Positions 54,537 to 64,000 of a DNA stretch of 64,000 nucleotides are shown here, one piece after another. The stretch comes from Hemiscyllium ocellatum. Lineage: Eukaryota. The stretch lies in contig NC_083413.1 in the NCBI RefSeq assembly GCF_020745735.1, positions 51,150,001-51,214,000 on the forward strand, read 5' to 3'. Made by a program: the position numbers and the translations under genes. The notes under the pieces were generated by a model. It had not been told where the DNA came from. It searched no databases and saw only the letters and a list, made by a program, of their open reading frames with translations. Position 1 is the first letter of the stretch. The number at the start of each line of letters is the position of its first letter.

Positions 54537-55379
54537 GTAGGATTTCACTTCTGGAATTCTAAGCTATTTTTCAATCAGTTCAGTAGGCAGGTAAGTCAGC
54601 CACACCCAGGAAATTGGATCGAAGCTTCAAGCAGTCCCCACTAGTATTATCAGTAATAGTAGGCTCCAACACGAGTGAGTCTGACTGTCTCCATGGACAG
54701 AATGGTGGAACCAGCAGAATGCTCAATGGCTACCAAAATGCTTCTTAAATATATGTTTGTATAAGATTTTACTTTAATCTAACTGCTTCTGATTTAGATA
54801 CCTCTGATTTAACATTCAGTTTAAACAACATTAATTTCAGCAGTATTTATTCATCCTTAAACAGGTACTAAATCATGACACAGTGTGAGCAGGGTCCACT
54901 ATCCCTCCTTCACATTCTTGACGTTTCTCCTACAGCTCAGTGGGATTGTTGCAAATCATTTCGTTCTCACCTGTCATCAAGGAATTTCTTGCTATAGCTT
55001 CCCAATTTGCTGTTATTTTTTGAGTCACCCAATTATTTGTTCTTTTCCTGTTTGTTGTTATATACTAGCCCTAGGAGATATTGTTCGTAGACACAGGGAT
55101 GAATCTTGTATATTTTGGCAATGTGTCAATTTTGGGGAGTTTCATGTAGGTTTCCTAATGTGAGCCCTGGTGATTTAGCTCATGCAAATCTCCACTGCTC
55201 ACTTATTGGTTATCTATCCTGTCTCCACAGTACCACTCTTGTGCATGTTTGTGGCTAACAGGGACAAGGATGCTTATTTATGTCATGCATACCATATTTA
55301 AATCTGAACTGCATCATTTTAAACACTGCAAGCCAGGAACTGCACTTACAGAGTGGGTGTACAATTAGAAAGGAATGGC

Positions 55380-57130
55380 TGAGGCAAGGATGGTGGAACT
55401 CCACTTGTTCAACAGGGACCTGTGGGTCAGATAGTGGAAAAGAGGGCCCCAGGTCTGACAAAGGAGACCATGGCATACTGTCGGCCTGGTCTGAAGTAAC
55501 CAACCAGGTCAGTGCAATGTCAGTGGACGAACATATAACAATGCTGCAAAGTGATGAATGACCTTCTGCAACTTGCAAGAATAAGTGCCACCATCTTGTT
55601 TCTGCTACCTCACACTTACTTTAACTGCTACTGTACCCACCTCAGCCAAGGAAAATGCTCAAGCAGATTCAGCTCTCCCACTCTCACAGCTCCACACAAT
55701 GTCTTCCCTCAATGGCTCTAACTCACCCATCCCAGCTTAAACTACCAAGCCTTTCGACCTTCTGCCCTTCCTAATCAGTCATCTCACCATGTTTGCCCCA
55801 TTTACATGCGCACTAACAGCTCTTTCAGCCACTTTCATCTCACTGCCTCCCTTCCTTCATCTCATTGTAGGAGAGAACAACTCACAACAGAGCTAACACG
55901 ACCAAGAATGGGTGACATGGTGTCTGACATTCATCTCGTCACCTCGCCTGGCAACCAAGGGCTACACTGCACTTCTCTCCCATTACCAGCATGTGGAATA
56001 GAATCTTAATGTGCTTGAATTTCTGTCCTCATTACATATCCCATTCTCTTTCATCAGAAACCAATGGCACCCACTCGGCTCAGAGACTAGAACCTCCTCT
56101 GGACATCAACTCCTCCCCCCATTCTGGGGAAGAAGCCACAGATCCCATATCAAGTCTTTCTCCTTCCCCCTGCCCCTGCTCAGAGACTTTCACCTCAGTG
56201 CACTCGCTTTCTCAGTTAGACTCAGAAGCACAATCTGGTGATCACATCACTGGCACTATCTCTGCATCTGGTTGAGTAAGAAATCCTCCAGGTCATTGGG
56301 CTCTCAGAGACTGGCAGATACTAGGCGCCTGCTCACTCCCAGACAGGAGAGGATTCCATGGCGTCAGCCATTAATAACTTTGTGAACACATGCTAGCAGG
56401 CACAGGAGCAGTAGGCAGGTCGGCCACTCACACTCAGGATATTGGATTGAAGCTTCACCAGTATTCTCAGTAGTATTTGGCTCCAGCATGAGTGGGTCTG
56501 ACTGTCTCCATAGACAGGATGGTGGATCCAGCAGAATGCTCAATGGCTTCCAGAAACGTACACGCCTCAACCACATCCCAGGTAGCTCTTCCTCTCAGGG
56601 ATATGGAGTGGTATCAGTCACATACATGGCGAAAGTGAATACTGCAGATGCTGGAGATCAGAGTCAAGAGTGTGGTGCTGGAAAAGCACAGCATGTCAGG
56701 CAGCATTCGTGGAGCAGGAAAAATCCTTCCTGATGAAGGGGTCTTGCCCGAAACGTCGATTTTCCTACTCCACAGATGCTGCCTGTTCCGCTGTGCTTTT
56801 CCAGCACCACACTTTTGACCCCAGTCACATACATGCCCTGCAATGTCTCCTCACAGTACACTCCAGTGTTGCCCATCCTCTGCACCTCCATCTTGCCATT
56901 TGACAACCCCCAACCCTTGGATGTTGTATCAAATGTATGGCATGCCTGCAGCTGTCAGTATGTCTGGATCCTCCAGCTACAAACACCTCTGGGGACTTCT
57001 GCTTGAGTTTTTAAGACTAACCAGCTCCACTCTCAGGCTCCATCCCAGCTGAAGAACTCAGGACTGCACCTAGATGTAGTGGGAGAATAAGGGAAAATCA
57101 AACCTTCTGATGGCACTTAGGTGATGTGGG
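55380..57130 (+). mobile_element. PIF/Harbinger-like Myb/SANT gene remnant
   Basis: AWSEVTNQVSAMS then QCCKVMNDLL across a frameshift resembles Harbinger Myb/SANT proteins; broken frames follow. Confidence 0.5.
56629..56821. mobile_element. Short fold-back element with hammerhead motif and 14-bp TSD
   Basis: TSD CAGTCACATACATG at 56615-56628 and 56822-56835; + strand CUGAUGA(56730)-AGGGGUCUUGCCC-GAAA-C-GUC. Confidence 0.85.
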
Positions 57131-57300
57131 TGACAATTCATTATAAATAGGATATCACATCTGTAGATTTATACTTTAAATCGTGACCTTGCTAATCAAC
57201 TGTCATTTTAGCAGTAGGACTAAACTCAAATGACTGAAGCTAATCTTCATTAATAACATCCTATGTTAAAACCCTGTCTGAAGGAATGCTACGCTGTCTT

Positions 57301-57608
57301 AGACTTAGACTTACAGTGTGGAAACAGGCCCTTCGGCCCAACAAGTCCACACCGACCCGCCGAAGCGCAACCCACCCATACCCCTACATTTACCCCTTAC
57401 CTAACACTACAGACAATTTAGCATGGCCAATTCACCTGACCCGCACATCTTTGGACAGTGGGAGGAAACCGGAGCACCCGGAGGAAACCCACGCAGACAC
57501 GGGGAGAATGTGCAAACTCCACACAGTCAGTCGCCTGAGTCGGGAATTGAACCCGGGTCTCTGGTGCTGTGAGACAGCAGTGCTAACCACTGTGCCACCG
57601 TGCCGCCC
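57301..57608 (-). mobile_element. Full-length HE1 SINE
   Basis: Near reverse complement of 44134-44449. Confidence 0.93.
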
Positions 57609-59139
57609 GTGTCCTTAACACCCATTGAGTATGTTATCATTCTTGAATGTGGAAACATCAGATGTTGTGAAGTCTTCAAATGGCTGTTCACTTTAATTAT
57701 GCAACAGGAAAAGTGAAAGGAAAAAAACAACTAAAATGGCTGCATGTGTTTTTGGGTCTAAACAGGGGTTGCTTGTGTTTGGAGTTTTTGATGCAAAACT
57801 AATTGTGCCTGCAATGGCTCTTCAAATGAGTATTGAGCAACTTGCTAAAGTTTCCTTGAAAGAGCCTTTTAAACCTGAGATTACTCCCTGCTGGTGGGAC
57901 AAAGACAGTAGACATATGGAAAGCCATCTTCACTTGAAATAGTGCTATTTCTTCACCATTTTTGTGTCAAAAGTCTGGAACTTCATAATAAGACTACGGT
58001 GTACCGACAACGTCAGTTCAAGATGGTGGCTAACCACCTCCACCTCTGGAAAATTTTGCAATAGGTAATAACTCTTTGGCTTTGCCAGTGATGCTTACAC
58101 CTTAATAAAGATCGGAATGGCCAAAGCAATTGCCCTGAATACGTGATTAGCTCCTGAGAAACCTTCGTCAGTTCTGATCATTTGCTTGTGCTTTATTTCT
58201 CTCTGTCCCATTAGTTTGCACTGAAGAACCTAGAAGAACCTTTCCTTTCAGGTGAATATGAAGCCTGTATAATTTTTAAAAATGTTCTAGAATGCTGTTA
58301 AATGTCTTCTTTCTTGCTACCAATTCCATCTCCCCTCTCCAGCCACCGTCTGCAGCTCAACCAAGCATTTTACAACCCCAGTGCCCCATTTCAAGATGAG
58401 TTGTGCTTCTGACCTTGTAGCTCCTTCTTCACCAAAACCTCGGACTCCCATCTCCTCCGTTGTCTCATCTCATCCTTTGCTGGAGCCTGTGTTAATATCT
58501 TTAGTTGATCCATGGTCTCTTGCATCTCCCTATTGAATCTTTTCCGTACCTTCCCCACCGCCTTCCAATTTCTATAAAAATGTCATACACCCAAAACAAT
58601 ATTTTAAGCCTTTTTATGACTTTTAGTGCTTTTTGATTAACATCACCTATGTTTGCTTCCAGAGGATGCACATTTTAAGAATTTAGCAACCATTTTAACT
58701 AGTTTCATTAACTTGTTCCAATTTTAAATATTTATGTGTCAACCCGACATTACTTGGAGCATGAATGGCTGCGTGCAACAGGCTACTATGTTTGCTTAAA
58801 GACTAGAAGTAATTGCATGTCAAAAATACAGTTATTTGCATTAGTTCCAGATGTAACATAATTGTTCAACTCTGTATCAAGTTTTGAAACTCTGATTAAG
58901 TAGAGTCATAGAGTTACAGAGTCATATGGCATGGAAGCAGATTCTTTGGTCCAAGCAGTCCAGGGCGAATCCCAAACTAGTCCCTCCTGCCTGCACCTAG
59001 ACCATATCCCAATAGGAATACATAAATTCCTATTCATGTATTTATTTAAGTGTCTTTAAAAGATTGTAACTGTGCCTGCACCCACCACTTCCTCAGGGAG
59101 TTCATTCCACACATGAATGACCCTCTGTGTAAAAATTGA

Positions 59140-59466
<327 letters not shown>

Positions 59467-60094
59467 TAACTCAAGTCAATACAGTGTGAAAATTTCAAAG
59501 TGTCTGTTTGTTTATGATTGTCTTATCATGGGACCTTATTTACATCCATTTGAATTTCATTAATCTAAAATAAATGTTGCTGCGTAGAAACACAAAGACA
59601 AAATGTAGCAACAGTTCTGTCATATAAAGATTGGGACAAAAATCACACATCCTGGTGCTGTCCAGTGCCAGGGCACTGCTTGTACACCGCAGCAGTGTGT
59701 AGCATCACCCTCAACCTGAACATTGGTTATTAGGCCCCTTCGTCCTCTGAGCCCATCTTGGGCCCGACCACCAAGTAATGTCACACTTCAGGCTGTTATC
59801 ATATTAACTCGATTGAAATTCCTGTCTTTATATATATAAAACCCATGAGTATAATCGATCTAGTAAATTTATTTTAAGCTGACTGCTGTTTATTAGTTTT
59901 GATTTCTTCAGCACTACAGGCCACTGTGCCCCAGCCACCATTTCTCCAGTTCACTCTGATTCCCTTTTCAACATAAATGCTGTTTTATTTTATCCAGTCA
60001 AGATTGTGAATGTTCACTTTATTCATCAGTTCAAAATCAAAATTTGAGGAAGAACTGAATTTGAGCAAACGGGACATTAGTTTGAGAAGAAGTA

Positions 60095-60312
60095 CAGGTG
60101 GTTCTTCTGTAACACGATGGTTGTGTTCTTGTGCAGCCCCGCATTACAGAAAAATTGCTCTTTAGCAACAGTGTTTAAAGTGTTGGCGATGTAATCACCC
60201 TTACAGCCAACAGGTTCTAAAAGTTTATGCTTTCAAAACAGTGTCCCCAAATCATCAATTGTGCTACGGAGAATTTGCGTTAAGAAAGCGCGCGTTATAG
60301 CAGAATGAGCTG
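60095..60312. mobile_element. Tc1/mariner-type MITE
   Basis: Imperfect TIRs CAGGTGGTTCTTCTGTAACACG / CGCGTTATAGCAGAATGAGCTG flanked by TA. Confidence 0.6.
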
Positions 60313-61480
60313 TAGTCTTAACAAGTCTGTGGTCTTTTCAACCACTCATTTTCAATATTGGGAAGCAGCAGGTCGCAACCATCTCAGTACTGGGATTAAG
60401 GATTCTAGCTGCAGTTTTATCGTGGTGTTTGAGTTTTCATATATATGGCTGAGTACAGAGTAATGCAAAACCAGCAGTAAATCTCAATGATGCCAGCCTG
60501 CATCACTTCAAAGATATACCAGTTTTAATGAAGTACCTATAGTGTAAAACAGACATTACTATCTTTGCTGTATATAATTAACATGAAAATGTAATTTTCT
60601 CTATTATCATGTTGTTTCTCAAGTTAGTTATCCTGTATTCAATTATGTTCAACATCTTGACGTTTGAATGACATTCAACTATTTACAAGCCATGCAAATA
60701 TTTTAAAACATTTAAAATATTTTAAATTCTAGTTTACGTTTTTAAAATTCATATTGATGTGTCATGTATGGTATAACTCTGGGGAAATACAATTAGGCAA
60801 GGAATATGCACCTACCTTAAGTAGTTTGTTAGCTCAAAGTTCATTAGTTTTACAGCATCTGTCATTGTAGAATTGTGTAAAGGGTATTTTATAGAATCTT
60901 TAGGATATCCAACTAATGTTTCATCTTTGAAGTGTTCTTTAAAGAGCCAGTTGTCTTCTTATATTTATTAATGTCAGAAAATATCCAGTCTTTAGTTATC
61001 AGGGAGTAGAACTCTTTCTCTCAATCCATCTGTACACAAAGCTCCAATTAATTTGGCTACAAAAACAACAGTAAGTACGCTATATAAACTGGGACTGTGT
61101 TTTGGAAGGAGCCATGCATTACGTAACTGGGTTCAAATATAGTACACAATACAAAAGAGAATACTTTTAAAAAATGAAGCATCAACAATTCAATGAGATA
61201 GGTTATAGAAAATTGCATCATAAGTGAAAAGTGAAATTAGTTGATTTTCTAAACTGAGTAAATGATAATGGGCAATGTGATCTTCAATAAGAATCTGTTT
61301 TGTTTTTGTTATAGTAGTTTCAATGAGTTGTGTTACAGATTCAGGGAGATTTCTAATAATTCTTGTGTTATTGAACCTTTGTGGTCACCTTCCCAGTGAT
61401 TCTTGTCTTCCTTACACCAAATGTTAAAACTTTGACCAGTACATTGTGAAAAATGTATAATGTCTTTTTCGCTCTTGCAG

Positions 61481-61655
61481 GTCAATGCTATTTGCTTTAT
61501 CGCAGCATTAATTTCACTTTTCGAAAGACAAACCAATTCAACAGATGAGCAAGAGGCCACTGTAGCTATTACTTGGCAAGAGTTGGTTAAAGGAAGCCAC
61601 AAATGCTGTTTCACTTTACAACACAAAGAACACAATAAAGAATGGATCAGACAAG
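61481..61655 (+). CDS. WDR49: WDR49 coding exon 4 (VNAICFIAALISLFERQ...HKCCFTLQHKEHNKEWIRQ); gene continues beyond the window
   Basis: 175 nt, ctcttgcag| ... AAG|GTATAT. Confidence 0.93.
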
Positions 61656-62629
61656 GTATATAGACTTTGGCACATTTCCACAATCCAGGCTAAATTGTAC
61701 TAGTTTTATGATGTGAAGATGTAGTTCATGTTTTCATTCAAACTATTTGCATCATTACAAACATAAAGTTGCCCATGAACCAACACCATCAAATGGACGT
61801 TTTGAACATAATTGTCCAATTTTCCCCTTGATTGAAGAATATCCCTTTATATCTTAAAAAGTGTCAAACTGTTGCAGTTTTATTAATGCAGCTGAGTGCA
61901 TCATCATAGAATCATTTTTAGTAAGAGTGGCTGGTCCATTCAAACCAACCTGAAGTGAAATTCTAAAAGTGAGTTAAACAAAAATATATCAATCTATTTT
62001 GCACTTGCATTGATGTGGACTGGTCAGGTATTTAGTACATTATTGATGAGCATTGACTGTGTTCGAAAATCGTGGGTCTTTTGCAATAGTTTGGCTAATT
62101 GCAGGTGAATTCACTGGAAAAACCCAACCCATAATCTAGTGAGAACTCTGCTCAAAGTTGATGGTCACAAAATTATATTGCATAACATCTATATATTCAG
62201 CTCTGTCGTATCATTTTGTTCATATGTCCACAGTTCTAGAGTGGCATTTTTGGGCAGATTGTTAGAGTAGTCATTTGGCGTATGCTCACCACACATATGC
62301 AGAGTAGGCACTTTAACCTTACATCTGAGCATGGCCATAATATTCAAAGCTTCAAACAACTCAGGGTTGGTACCAGATGAGTTGAGAGTTGTAGTCAAAA
62401 AATGATAGTGAAGAATCATCTAACAACTACAGTTTACTCTCAGTGGTAGGGATGCTTTGAAAAATGATATTTTGGGACAAAGTATGTAGTCATTTGGAAA
62501 ATGCTGCTAAACCTTGTTCAAATGCTTCATCAAAGTCATTTTATACTGACCTGGCAACAGTCATGATGTTATCATTCCACTCCAGACCTCTGCATCATCA
62601 GTATTTAAGCTCAGTTGTTGGGTACGAAG

Positions 62630-62760
62630 GATTACCCTCCTGTCATTGAACAGATCGTTGGAGTGCTTAAACAGCCCTTTCTTTGCCTCTACTGCAGTGG
62701 TGGTGCCCTGCACTGCTCTCTACAGCACAGCACAGAAATGATCATGGTATGCTGCCTCAT
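62630..62760 (+). mobile_element. Harbinger transposase C-terminal fragment
   Basis: VIEQIVGVLKQPFLCLYCSGGALHCS...IMVCC resembles the Harbinger DDE motif IE..IG.LK.RFRCLD.SGGALQY.P.....II..CC.LHN. Confidence 0.65.
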
Positions 62761-63229
62761 ATCAGCATCAGGAAGGCACAGTTTCCTGTTCAACAGTCTC
62801 ATATCTTGCCTTGCCTTGGAGTCTATTGTTTTTTGTTGGATTAGGATTAGGATTAGGGTTGAGATTATAGGAATAGATGGTACAAGAAATGCAAACAAAG
62901 CAAATTATTATTTAATGGAGTGACTTTCTGAAGTTATTAAGTTAGAACACTTAAGTTGACTGGGAATTATTGTTTGGCTCATGATTTACTCACCTGGAAA
63001 TGTCTAATGTTGATATTAGGTAAGAAAAAAGCATAAAATGTTCAATGTAAATGTAAAAGTATTGCCTGCATATAAAACTCTAGTTTTAAAAACCAAAGCG
63101 AATAATTCATCTCAACCACTGCCTGAAGTTGCAATTATTACCAATGACAGACCTCAGCCAATTTTATTAATGTCACATGTTATCAAGAAACAACTGAAGA
63201 CTCTGGCCACATCAAAGCTATGAGTTCTG

Positions 63230-64000
63230 ACTATATCCAGGTGTATTATTTGAAAACCTGTGCTTCAGAACTAATTGTGTTCCTGTGTGGGTGGGGTTGT
63301 GGTGGGACCTGTCCCCTGTTTAGAGTCTTTACTAGACAATAGAAGGTGGTTGTTGGAGGCCAATCATCAGATCCCTGGGACATAACAGAAGTTCCTCAAA
63401 ATCTTTCACCCAGTCATTTTCAGTTGTGTCATCAATGACTTTTCTTTGAACATAAGGTTTGAAGTAGCATACTTGTTGATAAACATACAGCGTGTAAGAG
63501 TTTTGCAACTTCTCACATACTACAGCAGTCCATGCCAGAGTGCAGCAAAGCCTGAATATCATTCAGGCAATTGGCATGTAACTTCTGTGCCACACGAATA
63601 CCAGTAATGAGAGCTCCAAAATGAGAGAATCTAGCCATATCTCCTTAGTGTTCAATGGTATTGCCATTACTCAATTCTACCACCAGCAGCATCCTGGGAT
63701 TTGCAATTGAACAGAAACTTAACTGGATAAGTTTGGCAAAACAAATAGGTCAAAGACTGGGAATTCTGTGTGAGTAAGTCATTTCCACATTCCTCAACGC
63801 CTGTCTACCATCTATAAGGTAGAAGTTAACATTGTGATGGAATAATCTGTTCTTGTCTGGATAAGCACAGCTCCAACAATTCATAAGAAGCTCAATCATC
63901 TAAGGTAAGAAAGCCCCACATGATCAGTACTTTACCCACCACTCGAAACATTCACTGCCTTCATCTCCAATGCACAGTGTGTACAATCTGCAACAAAAAC
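63230..64000 (+). mobile_element. L2/CR1-like LINE RT remnant
   Basis: Degenerate RT C-terminus similar to 33310-33790 and 51545-51900. Confidence 0.55.

Noticed and set aside
61333-61683. 116-aa minus-strand ORF
   Set aside because: Antisense shadow of WDR49 coding exon 4.

Overview
Vertebrate genomic DNA, very probably a cartilaginous fish (HE1/V-SINEs and CR1/HER1-type LINEs are typical of sharks). A CpG island at about 9.2-10.1 kb looks like a bidirectional promoter. It drives a complete + strand PDCD10/CCM3 gene: a non-coding first exon near 9.4 kb and 7 coding exons at 21363-37908, which splice into a 633-nt CDS (210 aa). Downstream on the same strand is the 5' part of WDR49/CFAP337, with an RFX X-box promoter near 43.4 kb and 4 coding exons at 50945-61655; the gene continues past the window. 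This order matches the SERPINI1<-/->PDCD10->WDR49 synteny of other vertebrates, but no serpin CDS is in the window. Introns hold CR1, L2-like, RTE, Tx1, Penelope-like, Gypsy, Harbinger and Tigger-like remnants. The most notable unannotated signal is about a dozen minimal hammerhead-ribozyme motifs (intact or degenerate) in at least four sequence families. They sit in Penelope termini and in short non-coding fold-back elements with 10-16 bp target-site duplications, i.e. retrozyme-like elements. All calls were made by eye, without database searches; repeat boundaries are approximate.
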